In this document: piece by piece, positions 46,117 through 55,318 of the stretch
How positions within the stretch are numbered: position 1 is the stretch's first letter
How the letters are laid out: the number at the start of each line of letters is the position of its first letter
DNA from: Bryobacteraceae bacterium
GTDB taxonomy: Bacteria; Acidobacteriota; Terriglobia; Bryobacterales; Bryobacteraceae
Reading direction: 5' to 3'
Length of the DNA: 64,000 nucleotides
Assembly (NCBI GenBank): GCA_051003475.1
Contig: JBPCLH010000070.1
Coordinates: 9,636 to 73,635, forward strand
Position numbers and translations under genes: made by a program
Notes under the pieces: model-generated
What the model saw: the letters and a program-made list of their open reading frames with translations, nothing else
What the model was told of the DNA's origin: nothing
Database searches by the model: none

Positions 46117-47588
46117 AGCATCGAAGAGCTCGCCGCAACTTCACTGTGGCACCGCTGATGAAGGTAGCGCGGGCGGATGATATCTGCTTGCAAGTGGAGG
46201 ATCATTCTACTACTGAGAGATCGGCAATCGAATTCTTTCATCTTCGGTCGTTAAGAGATCCAGTCGCGCAAGCGGCGCGAAATGCAGAACAATTTGAGAT
46301 TCAAAACCGGGCCTTGATGTCACTGCTCGGGGTTCGAGTGGAGCAACGGTATGACGGCCGAGATGTGCGGCTCTTGATCCACGCTGGTAGCGCAGTAGGC
46401 GCAATTCCCCTGATCTCGCCTATCACCGCTCGTCCGGATTATGGACTCGTGGTGCAGCCCAGATTTCCATGGTCTGGCATAGGGCCGATGCTCGCCGAAA
46501 TGGGCTGGCGAATAAGCCCAACTCCGTTACGCCTTCCTCTCCTCCATCGCTCGGAACGACGAGTGCCAATTTGGGTGCTTTCTTTTATGATTCTGACCAG
46601 ACTGAAAGCCCTCCTCGATTCGCTAGATCGTCGATTCGAGCTCGTCCACCAGCAACGTCGCGCACCGCGTGGCAGAGTTCAATGGACTGAGTACGCGACA
46701 AAGAGCCTGACAAAGGCGACGCTTTTATCCGTACCGTGCACTTTTCCGGAGCTTCGGGAGGATCGACTGCTTAAGGGAGCAATTCGCTACAGCGTCGACC
46801 GACAACTACAAGCTCTTGAGACCCAGAAGCAGCACGGGGGGTTTGTTCGCAAGTTAATCGAATTCGCTCAGCAGATACTCCAACGCGTGCAGGAGGTTTC
46901 TCCCTACGTGCCTTCAGCAACCACCTTCGCTGGTTGGCTTCGGCGGCCAATGCGCAGGGATCGCTACCTGGAAGGACTGCAAGCAATCGAATGGACGGTC
47001 GAGGAACGAGGGCTGGCCGGGCTGAGCGACCTCGAAGGCTTGCCGTGGGTCATGCCCATGGACCAGTTCTTTGAGGCCTGGGTAGAAACGATTTTCGGTG
47101 TCGTCGCGCAAAGAGTGGGTGCACAGATGAAGGTGGGGCGAAAACGAGAAACCGTACATCCCATTCGTTGGGAGCCACCTTACCTAGGTTCACAGAAATC
47201 ATTAATTCCGGATATTTTGATGGAGCGAGAGGACGTTACGGTCATCGTAGATGCCAAGTATAAGCGGCATTGGGAGGAACTTCACCAGCATTCCTGGTCG
47301 AACACGGTGGAGGAACTTAGGGACGAACACCGCAATGATTTGCTTCAGGTCCTCGCCTATGCGAATCTCGCGCGAACATCAAGGGTGATAGTCTGTTTGG
47401 CGTACCCGTGCTCGCCGGAGCGTTGGAATTCGCTTCAGGAACGAGGACGCCTGATTCATCGCGCCGACCTCACCATCGGCTCAAGATCGCTGCATTTATG
47501 GCTTACCGCTGTTCCGATGTCACTGACACTCGAGCGCGTTGCCTCCCATGTGGCTGATGAACTCCGCCCGGCACTGCACAATATATAG
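46113..47588 (+). CDS. McrC-like partner with a C-terminal PD-(D/E)xK nuclease motif
   Basis: 491 aa. The GTG start overlaps the mcrB-like stop (GTGA). The C-terminal segment LIPDILMEREDVTVIVDAKYK fits the D...(D/E)xK core of McrC nucleases. Confidence 0.72.
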   Translation: MKHRRARRNFTVAPLMKVARADDICLQVEDHSTTERSAIEFFHLRSLRDPVAQAARNAEQFEIQNRALMSLLGVRVEQRYDGRDVRLLIHAGSAVGAIPLISPITARPDYGLVVQPRFPWSGIGPMLAEMGWRISPTPLRLPLLHRSERRVPIWVLSFMILTRLKALLDSLDRRFELVHQQRRAPRGRVQWTEYATKSLTKATLLSVPCTFPELREDRLLKGAIRYSVDRQLQALETQKQHGGFVRKLIEFAQQILQRVQEVSPYVPSATTFAGWLRRPMRRDRYLEGLQAIEWTVEERGLAGLSDLEGLPWVMPMDQFFEAWVETIFGVVAQRVGAQMKVGRKRETVHPIRWEPPYLGSQKSLIPDILMEREDVTVIVDAKYKRHWEELHQHSWSNTVEELRDEHRNDLLQVLAYANLARTSRVIVCLAYPCSPERWNSLQERGRLIHRADLTIGSRSLHLWLTAVPMSLTLERVASHVADELRPALHNI

Positions 47589-47741
47589 TGCCAGGGCAAG
47601 CTGTTTCGTTACGCCATCGCTAAGTGTTGATCGTCTGCAGGCGCTGAGCCTTGTAGGAGAAATTGCAGATTTTGCTACGGGTTGTAACAGCATGGATCAA
47701 GAATTCGTAAAGCGATGCCGCAAGCACAAGAAACAATCGAA

Positions 47742-48698
47742 CTATTCGCTAACTCCCCATTCTTCGGAGACACCTTCACCGGGGGCGGAAATCAACATTT
47801 CCCCTGCACAATGCGGAACTTCAGCGGCGGCTTCGCTTCCAAAGCCGTTAGCAGATCCCGTTCCCGCGTTCAGAAACTTGCCAAGAACCGGGATTTTCGA
47901 GTAGTTTGATTCCACGTAATCCACGCCGAGCGATGTCAATGCGAAGTCGGAATTGTCTTCCTGGGTGATGTATTTCTTGGTTCGGAGATACCAAGTCGTG
48001 AAGTCCAGATATTCGCGGGGGAATCCCATCGAGGCCTCAAGCTCACACAGCGAGACCTTCGGATCGTGCACATTCGCACGGCATCGTCTGTATAGGAGCG
48101 ATAGAACTGCCAGTCTTCGGTTCACCTCGCCCTCAATGCCATCCATAAAATCGATTGATTCGAAGGCCTGGACGGGTCGGCCCTGATCGTTTCGGAGCTT
48201 AGCGTCGTACTCGGCGCGGCGCTCCGGGTCGGATAGTACTTCAAAGGCTCGGTTTAAGAGCAGAAACTTCTCTGTATCGCCCGTTTCAGGGTTGTCCGGA
48301 TGAAAACGGGCCGCCAGGAACCGGTAGACGCGTTGGATGGTCTCAGGTTGCGCGTTAGGACTTATCTGAAGAAATTCGTAATGCTCAGTATCGGACGGGA
48401 ATAGCGCTTCACGCGTCTTCTTGGCCGATTCAACTAATTCGAGTCCGATGACGTAGCTCGGGTGTCGCGGCGTACAATGATGCACCACAGTGTAACCTGT
48501 AGAATTCTCACCCTGAGCTTGAATGTATACCGTGGTACCCGGCTGCACTTTGACCGGGCACAGAATTCCAACTCCAGAGTGTGAGGAGTCTATCCCCTGA
48601 ACCTGCGCCGAATGCGTTAGCTCGTCTTCGTCCTGCCACGAAATAGAGTAGGTCTTGCTGGAACGACTCCTCGGCTCGCCCCGCATGTTCACCCTCAT
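47742..48698 (-). CDS. PilZ-domain / J-domain fusion protein with a C-terminal winged-helix-like region
   Basis: 318 aa. PilZ motifs RGEPR (RxxxR) and DSSHSG (DxSxxG). J-domain YEFLQISPNAQPETIQRVYRFLAARFHPDN...FEVLSDPERRAEYD with an intact HPD. Confidence 0.72.
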   Translation of the reverse strand: MRVNMRGEPRSRSSKTYSISWQDEDELTHSAQVQGIDSSHSGVGILCPVKVQPGTTVYIQAQGENSTGYTVVHHCTPRHPSYVIGLELVESAKKTREALFPSDTEHYEFLQISPNAQPETIQRVYRFLAARFHPDNPETGDTEKFLLLNRAFEVLSDPERRAEYDAKLRNDQGRPVQAFESIDFMDGIEGEVNRRLAVLSLLYRRCRANVHDPKVSLCELEASMGFPREYLDFTTWYLRTKKYITQEDNSDFALTSLGVDYVESNYSKIPVLGKFLNAGTGSANGFGSEAAAEVPHCAGEMLISAPGEGVSEEWGVSE

Positions 48699-48800
48699 GG
48701 GATACTCGTCCCTGCCGCTTTACAGCTCCGGAGTCTAGCGTGCACCTGCTGTTTCTTGCACGTCAATTTCCAAAAAGGTTTCCGGGAGTACCGTTGGCTG

Positions 48801-49415
48801 CTAGCGAGCGGCAAGCGTGTCGATTGTCAGCGGGCGTTGGGCCTCGTAAGCGGCAATCGCAGGCTGCTGCTTCAGGATGTAACCGAGTTCATCAACGCCT
48901 TCCACCATGCAGTACTTCGAAAAGGCATCAATCGGGAAGGAGACTGCGGAGCCATCCGGAAGAGTAAGTTTTTGCTCGGCCAAATCTACTGTGACGGTCG
49001 CTGCGGGGTTACCCATCACCGTATTAAACAACGCGACATGTGCCTTGCGGGGAATGACAATCGGCAGTAGAGAGTTCTTCAGCGCGTTTCCGCGAAAAAT
49101 GTCGGCGAAAGAAGTGCTGATCACTGCGCGGAAACCATACTGCCTCAGCGCCCACGGAGCATGCTCTCGTGAACTGCCGCATCCAAAGTTGTCGCCGGCC
49201 AGCAGGATCTCTGCCGCACGCCCTTCAGTCTGATTCAAAAGAAATTCAGGGTTTGGGTTCCCATTTGCGTCGTATCTCCAATCATAGAAAAGCTGGTCTC
49301 CCAGTCCCTGCATTGAAATAGTTTTCAAGAAGCGCGCCGGAATGATCTGATCGGTGTCGATATTGTCAATTGCGAGTGGCGCAACGCGGCTAGTGAAGGT
49401 TGTGAATTTTTCCAC
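48801..49415 (-). CDS. leuD: 3-isopropylmalate dehydratase small subunit
   Basis: 204 aa. Contains DNIDTDQIIPARFL and GDNFGCGSSREHAPWAL. Confidence 0.93.
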   Translation of the reverse strand: MEKFTTFTSRVAPLAIDNIDTDQIIPARFLKTISMQGLGDQLFYDWRYDANGNPNPEFLLNQTEGRAAEILLAGDNFGCGSSREHAPWALRQYGFRAVISTSFADIFRGNALKNSLLPIVIPRKAHVALFNTVMGNPAATVTVDLAEQKLTLPDGSAVSFPIDAFSKYCMVEGVDELGYILKQQPAIAAYEAQRPLTIDTLAAR

Positions 49416-49426
49416 GTGTGGTCTCC

Positions 49427-50854
49427 TTATAGCAGCGTTCGCACGTCTGTTACGACGCCCGTGACTGCGGTCGCGGCAGCCGTCAACGGACTTGCCAAAA
49501 ATGTCCGGCCGCCTTGGCCTTGCCGTCCCTCGAAATTGCGGTTGCTGGTTGAAACGCTGTACTCACCGCGCTGTAATTGATCGCCATTCATAGCAATACA
49601 CATGGAACATCCGGCTTCGCGCCACTCGGCACCGGCTTCCTTGAAGATCCGGTCCAGTCCTTCAGCCTGGGCCTGTTTTTTCACCTGTTGTGAGCCGGGC
49701 ACCACCAGGACGCGAACGCTTGGGCTCACTTTACGCCCTTTGAAAATCTGCGCTGCTGCCCGGAGATCTGAGATACGGGAATTGGTGCAGCTGCCGATGA
49801 ACACAACATTCACGGCGTGGCCCAACAGCGATTTGCCTGATTCCAGATCCATATAGCGCAAGGCCTTGCTAACAGAAGCACGTTCAAGCGGATCGTGAAT
49901 CGAAGCGGGGTCAGGCACAGGCGCAGTAATCGGAATACCCATACCGGGATTTGTGCCGAAGGTGATCATCGGCTCGAGTGCGCCTGCGTTAATTTCAATG
50001 TGCTTATCAAATGTTGCCCCGTTGTCGGTGGGCAATTTACGCCATAAGCTGACGGCGCGATCCCAATCGGCGTCTTTGGGAGCATACGGTCTTCCCGCCA
50101 GATACTCATAGGTCGTGTCGTCCGGCGCAATGAGGCCGGCTCGCGCTCCGCCCTCGATCGACATATTGCAGACCGTCATGCGCTCTTCCATCGAGAGCAA
50201 TCGAATAGTAGAACCAGCGTACTCGAAGACATGCCCCGTGCCGCCAGCTATGCCGATGCGCGAGATCAAATTGAGGATAATGTCCTTCGCTCCCACCCCG
50301 TTCTTCAGTTGACCTTCCACTCGCACTTGGTAGGTCTTCGCTCGCGTCTGCAGCAGGCACTGCGTCGCGAGCACGTGCCCAACCTGACTGGTGCCGATGC
50401 CGAACGCCAAGGCGCCGAACGCGCCGTGGGTCGACGTGTGGCTATCGCCGCAAACGACGGTCATGCCAGGCTGAGTCAATCCCAGTTCCGGACCAATGAT
50501 GTGGACGATTCCTTGCCTATGGTGATGCGCCCCAAAGAGAGGAATTCCGAAATCCCGGCAATTTTTCTCGAGTTGCTCGATTTGAGCTCCGGCCACCTTG
50601 TCCAGAATCGGCAGCGACCGATGATGGGTCGGAATGCTGTGGTCGGTCGTGGCGATGGTGAGCTCGGGCCGCCGCACTTGGAGGCTGCGCTGGCGCAACT
50701 CTTCGAAAGCTTGCGGCGATGTTACCTCGTGGACGAGATGCAGATCCACATACAAAAGCGTGGGCGCGCCTTCACGCTCCGCAACAATGTGGTCGTCCCA
50801 CACCTTTTCAATAATTGTGCGCGGCTTGGGAGAGCCGCCATCTACTTGTGACAT
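49427..50854 (-). CDS. leuC: 3-isopropylmalate dehydratase large subunit
   Basis: 475 aa. Contains [27 protein letters not shown] and the Fe-S ligand cysteine region CSMCIAMN. Confidence 0.95.
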   Translation of the reverse strand: MSQVDGGSPKPRTIIEKVWDDHIVAEREGAPTLLYVDLHLVHEVTSPQAFEELRQRSLQVRRPELTIATTDHSIPTHHRSLPILDKVAGAQIEQLEKNCRDFGIPLFGAHHHRQGIVHIIGPELGLTQPGMTVVCGDSHTSTHGAFGALAFGIGTSQVGHVLATQCLLQTRAKTYQVRVEGQLKNGVGAKDIILNLISRIGIAGGTGHVFEYAGSTIRLLSMEERMTVCNMSIEGGARAGLIAPDDTTYEYLAGRPYAPKDADWDRAVSLWRKLPTDNGATFDKHIEINAGALEPMITFGTNPGMGIPITAPVPDPASIHDPLERASVSKALRYMDLESGKSLLGHAVNVVFIGSCTNSRISDLRAAAQIFKGRKVSPSVRVLVVPGSQQVKKQAQAEGLDRIFKEAGAEWREAGCSMCIAMNGDQLQRGEYSVSTSNRNFEGRQGQGGRTFLASPLTAAATAVTGVVTDVRTLL

Positions 50855-50894
50855 AAATTCCTAAACGCCCGACCTATCATGACTGCCTGAAAAT

Positions 50895-51998
50895 CTAAGC
50901 TGAAGCGGCGCGAGCCGAAAGCGCGGCACATACCGCATCGCCCACTTCTGCAGTGGTCGCAGGCCTACCGGCAGGGTTCAGATCGGCTGTAACTCGCCCG
51001 CTATTCAAGACTTGTTCCATAGCGCAAGTAACACTCTGCGCCTCTTCTACTAAACCGAAACTGTATTCGAGCATAGCCGCCACCGAACCGATGGCACCCA
51101 GCGGATTTGCCTTGTTCTGACCTGCAATATCGGGTGCCGATCCATGCACCGGCTCATAGAGGCCGATCCTCGCGCCCGATTCCCTTGTCTCTCCGATTGA
51201 AGCTGAAGGCAACATGCCAATTGATCCCGCCAGCACTGCGGCTTCATCGCTCAAAATGTCTCCGAAAAGATTCTCGGTCACCACGACATCGAACCGCTTG
51301 GGATTTAGAACCAGCTGCATGGCGCAATTATCGACTAACAGGTGATCGAGCGCGATGTCAGGATATTCATCCGCAAGCTCAGTAACCACACGGCGCCATA
51401 GTTGCGAGTTTTCGAGCACGTTCGACTTATCGACACTCGTCACTTTTTTCCTCCGTTTCCGAGCCAGCTGGAAGGCAACATGCGCCACGCGCTCAATCTC
51501 GAACCGGGAGTAAGCCATTGTGTTCACTGCACGCTCTTCCTTGCCGGTGCCTGAAATGCCGCGAGGCGTTCCATAATATAGGCCACCTGTCAGTTCGCGG
51601 ACGATGATCAGATCGGTGCCGTCGACCAACTCGTTTTTTAGCGGGGAAGAATGAACCAGCGAACGATACGATCTGACGGGTCGTAGATTGGCGTAGACCT
51701 GAAGTGCTTGACGAATCGCCAGCAATCCGCGTTCGGGTCGTTTCTCTGGGGGAGCGTCATCGAACTCCGGCAAACCCACTGCGCCCATGAGAGTTGCGTC
51801 TGCCTCAAGAGCGAGCTCCCGGGTCTTCTCAGGAAACGGAGTACCTGCCTTCTGGATCGCGATTCCACCCAGCAGACCTTCACTCAAAGCGATCTCATGG
51901 CCGTATGCAGCGGCAACGTGGGTTAAAACTTTTACAGCTTCACGCGCGACTTCAACGCCGATGCCATCCCCGGGCAGTAAAAGAATTTTCAGTTCCAT
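50895..51998 (-). CDS. leuB: 3-isopropylmalate dehydrogenase
   Basis: 367 aa. Contains LLPGDGIGVEV, VRELTGGLYYG, NLFGDILSDEAA and HGSAPDIAGQNKANP. Confidence 0.95.
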   Translation of the reverse strand: MELKILLLPGDGIGVEVAREAVKVLTHVAAAYGHEIALSEGLLGGIAIQKAGTPFPEKTRELALEADATLMGAVGLPEFDDAPPEKRPERGLLAIRQALQVYANLRPVRSYRSLVHSSPLKNELVDGTDLIIVRELTGGLYYGTPRGISGTGKEERAVNTMAYSRFEIERVAHVAFQLARKRRKKVTSVDKSNVLENSQLWRRVVTELADEYPDIALDHLLVDNCAMQLVLNPKRFDVVVTENLFGDILSDEAAVLAGSIGMLPSASIGETRESGARIGLYEPVHGSAPDIAGQNKANPLGAIGSVAAMLEYSFGLVEEAQSVTCAMEQVLNSGRVTADLNPAGRPATTAEVGDAVCAALSARAASA

Positions 51999-52024
51999 TC
52001 ATCGAATCCGCGCCGGGCGCTTCA

Positions 52025-53206
52025 TTACTGTGCGGTCTGTGCAAAAGCACCGCGACCGACGACTTCCCGTACCAACGCCGCAATTTCGTCGTTGCGCACG
52101 CCCTTCTTGTTGTCGGAGAGCACGGTGAATTCACGATACACGTCGTCAAGCTCTTCGCGCCTGAGTTGGAATCCTAAATCCTCGGTGCGTTTCTTTAGCG
52201 CATGCCTTCCGCTATGTTTTCCGAGCACCAGTTTGCTCTCTGGCACGCCCACGCTCCGCGGGTCCATAATCTCGTAGGTCGTTTTCTCTTTGAGGTATCC
52301 ATCCTGATGGATGCCGGCCAGATGGGCAAACGCGTTCTCGCCCACGATGGCTTTGTTGGGCTGAGGACCGAACGAGATGCATTGCGCGAGAGTCTGGCTC
52401 GCACTGAAAAGCTTTTCGGATTGGATCTTCGTCTCAAACGGCAGACGGTCGGAACGCGTCTTAATAGCCATCACGACCTCTTCAAGCGCCGCATTGCCCG
52501 CGCGCTCCCCGATTCCATTGATGGTGCATTCCACTTGCCTTGCGCCCGCCGTCACGGCCGCAAGCGAATTCGCTACGGCCAGCCCGAGATCGTCGTGACA
52601 ATGCACGCTGACCACCGCGCGGTCGCCGAGCAGCTTGATGATTTTTCCAATCAACTCCGCGTACTCATCGGGCACGGAATAGCCGACCGTGTCTGGCAGG
52701 TTCACGGTTCGCGCACCGGCTTCGACAACCGCCTTGCTCACCTGCTCGAGATAATCGAGCTCGGTGCGGGTCGCGTCCTCGGCCGAAAATTCGACGTCGT
52801 CCGTGTAGTTTCGCGCCAGCGCGACAGCCGCGACCGCCTGATCCAGCACTTGCTCCTGCGTTTTCCGCAACTTGTGCTTGAGATGAATTTCGCTCGTTGC
52901 GATAAAAGTGTGAATGCGGGGCCGCTTGGCATGCTCTAGGGCTCTTGCCGCCCGCTCCACATCGAGCGTGCACGCCCGCGCTAGTGCGGCTACCTGCACC
53001 CACGGAAATTGACGGCTCACTGCGTCGACAGCCTCAAAGTCGCCGTCTGACGCTATCGGAAATCCCGCTTCAAGGATGTCCACGCCAAGGTCGACAAGTT
53101 GCCCCGCCATCTTTAGCTTTTCTGATCTCGTCATGCTACAGCCGGGGGACTGTTCACCATCGCGCAAAGTCGTATCGAAGATATAGATCCGGCTCAAATT
53201 CGGCAC
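52025..53206 (-). CDS. leuA: 2-isopropylmalate synthase-family enzyme, short form without the C-terminal LeuA_dimer regulatory domain
   Basis: 393 aa. Contains [30 protein letters not shown] and [14 protein letters not shown]. The sequence ends shortly after the linker subdomain (…[15 protein letters not shown]…). It is the first gene of the leuABCD-like operon. Confidence 0.8.
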   Translation of the reverse strand: MPNLSRIYIFDTTLRDGEQSPGCSMTRSEKLKMAGQLVDLGVDILEAGFPIASDGDFEAVDAVSRQFPWVQVAALARACTLDVERAARALEHAKRPRIHTFIATSEIHLKHKLRKTQEQVLDQAVAAVALARNYTDDVEFSAEDATRTELDYLEQVSKAVVEAGARTVNLPDTVGYSVPDEYAELIGKIIKLLGDRAVVSVHCHDDLGLAVANSLAAVTAGARQVECTINGIGERAGNAALEEVVMAIKTRSDRLPFETKIQSEKLFSASQTLAQCISFGPQPNKAIVGENAFAHLAGIHQDGYLKEKTTYEIMDPRSVGVPESKLVLGKHSGRHALKKRTEDLGFQLRREELDDVYREFTVLSDNKKGVRNDEIAALVREVVGRGAFAQTAQ

Positions 53207-53312
53207 CTCAAAGTACGCTAATATATCCCATCCTACGATGAATAAGCTCGATTACTCAAATTTATAGTCTTGGGGCTATTCATAAGATAGAATGATGGGA
53301 TAAACGTAACAA

Positions 53313-54230
53313 GTGGGCCCGATGGAACTGTATCCCCTAAAAGTATTTCTGACCGTAGCGACTGAACGCAGTTTTTCGCGGGCGGGCGAAAAGCTGCTAC
53401 GAACCCAACCAGCTATATCCATTGCAATCCAGCGTTTAGAAGGCGATCTGAAGGAGAAGCTGATCGACAGGTCAGGTCGGGAGCTACTGTTAACGGACGC
53501 CGGCCGCGTCGTCCTTGAATACGCCAAACGATTCCAAAATCTGGAATCCGACTTAGAGAATGCCCTTCGGGAGTTGAAAGATAATTATGCCGGGAGGCTG
53601 TCGATTGGAGCGAACGAATCGACATCGCTGTATCTGATTCGTCACATTGAGCAGTACCGGCGATCGTTCCCGAAAGTAAAGGTACAGGTCAGGCGAACGG
53701 AATCGAGCAAAATCCCCTCACAGTTACTCGACGGAGAGCTGGAGCTGGGGGTGATCAGCTACGATCCCGGTGATGAGCGCGTTCTTTCGCAGGTCATTTA
53801 CACGGACCGGCTCGCACTCGTGGTCTCGCCGCAGCACCGCTTTGCGAACCGGGGCGAAGTATCCATCACCGAATTGGATATGGAAACGTTCATTGCACAT
53901 AACGTCCTTTCGCCGTATCGCGAGTACGTCTTGCGAGAGTTTCAGCGCCATAAAGTGCCGCTGAATATGGATGTCGAAATGCCCACCGTCGAGACCATCC
54001 GGCGACTGGTTCAGGACAACGAAGGCGTCGCATTCCTTCCTCAAATGTGCGTGGAGCAGGAAATCCGGCAGGATCTGTTGCGCGAGATCCGGGTGAAGGA
54101 GATTGCCGTGGAACGCAAGATTCGATTGGTTTACCCGGGCCGGCGAGCCTTGAGTCATGCCGCAACAGCGTTTTTGGAAATCGTGAAGAAAGGAAACCCC
54201 GAAGCGGCGCCTCGTCAGGAATCGGCGTGA
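53313..54230 (+). CDS. LysR-family transcriptional regulator
   Basis: 305 aa. N-terminal wHTH LKVFLTVATERSFSRAGEKLLRTQPAISIAIQRLE and a LysR substrate-binding domain. It is divergent from leuA. The start may be the ATG at 53322. Confidence 0.9.
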   Translation: MGPMELYPLKVFLTVATERSFSRAGEKLLRTQPAISIAIQRLEGDLKEKLIDRSGRELLLTDAGRVVLEYAKRFQNLESDLENALRELKDNYAGRLSIGANESTSLYLIRHIEQYRRSFPKVKVQVRRTESSKIPSQLLDGELELGVISYDPGDERVLSQVIYTDRLALVVSPQHRFANRGEVSITELDMETFIAHNVLSPYREYVLREFQRHKVPLNMDVEMPTVETIRRLVQDNEGVAFLPQMCVEQEIRQDLLREIRVKEIAVERKIRLVYPGRRALSHAATAFLEIVKKGNPEAAPRQESA

Positions 54231-55318
54231 GCAAAGCGGGTCCGACTGCTGGAGTTGGGACCGTTGCAGTAGCCGGCGGCGGGATCATCGGCACGTCAAT
54301 AGCTTGGCGTCTCGCCCAGCGCGGCTTGCGAGTTACTCTATTCGACAAAGGATCCATCGGCGAGGAGGCGAGTTGGGCGGCCGCCGGAATGCTCTCGCCG
54401 GGTGGAGAAATTGAAGGCCCGTCCGATCTCGCATGTCTCGCAACCGAATCGCGCCGGCTCTATTCCCGCTTCGTTGGCGAGCTTGAGGAAGCAACTGGGC
54501 TGGCTATCGATTATCAGGAATGCGGCGCGCTGGATTTGGCCTATTCGCAACCTGAGTGGGATGCTTTACAGAGTCGGGCGGCTCGGCAGGCTCGGACGGG
54601 GATTCGCTCGAAGCCGGTGCCGCTGGAAGACGTATCTACCTTCTGGCCCCGAGTGCGCATGGACGGGCTCGCCGGCGCATTCTTCTATTCCGAAGATGCA
54701 ATCGTCAACGCACGCGAGATAATGGTGGCCCTTGCGGCTGCTTCTCAGAAATCTGGTGTTTCCATCCGGCAAGACTGTCCCGTGTACAGACTTCACATCT
54801 CGGATAAGGAAGCGATAGTTGAAAGTGGCCGGGGCAGAGAAACATTCGAAGCCGTTGTCGTGGCGGCGGGAGCCTGGAGCAACGCCATTATGGTCGAAGG
54901 CCTCCCCGCTCCCCCTTCCGCAGAGCCGGTCAAAGGCCATTTGATCGGATATCAACAGCCGGAGCAGACCTGTCATACTGTCGTCCGCCATCGACATGCT
55001 TACCTCCTGCAACGTGCCAGCGGACTCTTGATCTGCGGAGCATCCGTAGAGCATGTAGGTTTCGACCGCGAAATACGATCGGAGATAGTTGCATCGCTCA
55101 CTGAGCAGGCCGGGTTTGTGTTTCCGCACCTTCGAGAGACAACGCCTTCCGAGGTATGGACCGGGTTACGGCCGGGCAGCGAAGCTCTCCGCATGGGTTC
55201 CTGGCACTCCGAACGCCTGTACCTGGCTTACGGACACTACCGGAATGGAATTCTGCTAGCTCCCCTGACAGCCGACCGCATCTCTAGTGAGATCACCGCC
55301 AATTTGCGAAAGCAGTAG
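54227..55318 (+). CDS. FAD-dependent oxidoreductase of the DAO family (glycine oxidase ThiO-like)
   Basis: Contains VAVAGGGIIGTSIAWRLAQRGLRVTLFDKG (FAD dinucleotide fold) and AAAGMLSP. I trimmed the start to GTG 54227, which overlaps the LysR stop (GTGA). The tracked 423-aa ORF runs back into lysR. Confidence 0.7.
   Translation: MSKAGPTAGVGTVAVAGGGIIGTSIAWRLAQRGLRVTLFDKGSIGEEASWAAAGMLSPGGEIEGPSDLACLATESRRLYSRFVGELEEATGLAIDYQECGALDLAYSQPEWDALQSRAARQARTGIRSKPVPLEDVSTFWPRVRMDGLAGAFFYSEDAIVNAREIMVALAAASQKSGVSIRQDCPVYRLHISDKEAIVESGRGRETFEAVVVAAGAWSNAIMVEGLPAPPSAEPVKGHLIGYQQPEQTCHTVVRHRHAYLLQRASGLLICGASVEHVGFDREIRSEIVASLTEQAGFVFPHLRETTPSEVWTGLRPGSEALRMGSWHSERLYLAYGHYRNGILLAPLTADRISSEITANLRKQ

Noticed and set aside
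48801-53206. leuA(short)-leuB-leuC-leuD as a lysine alpha-aminoadipate (homocitrate synthase/homoaconitase) cluster
   Set aside because: LeuC (475 aa) and LeuD (204 aa) have bacterial isopropylmalate-isomerase sizes and motifs rather than the shorter archaeal or Thermus LysT/LysU type. Leucine biosynthesis is the simpler reading.
54047-54226. N-terminal 60-aa extension of the FAD oxidoreductase ORF
   Set aside because: It lies inside the lysR coding region in another frame. The FAD-binding motif starts just after GTG 54227, which overlaps the lysR stop.
54227-55318. FAD-dependent oxidoreductase as the missing HpnE
   Set aside because: Its N-terminal and AAAGMLSP motifs look like the ThiO/DAO glycine-oxidase family rather than the amine-oxidase/phytoene-desaturase-like HpnE. 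It is also about 49 kb from hpnD and lies in an unrelated operon.
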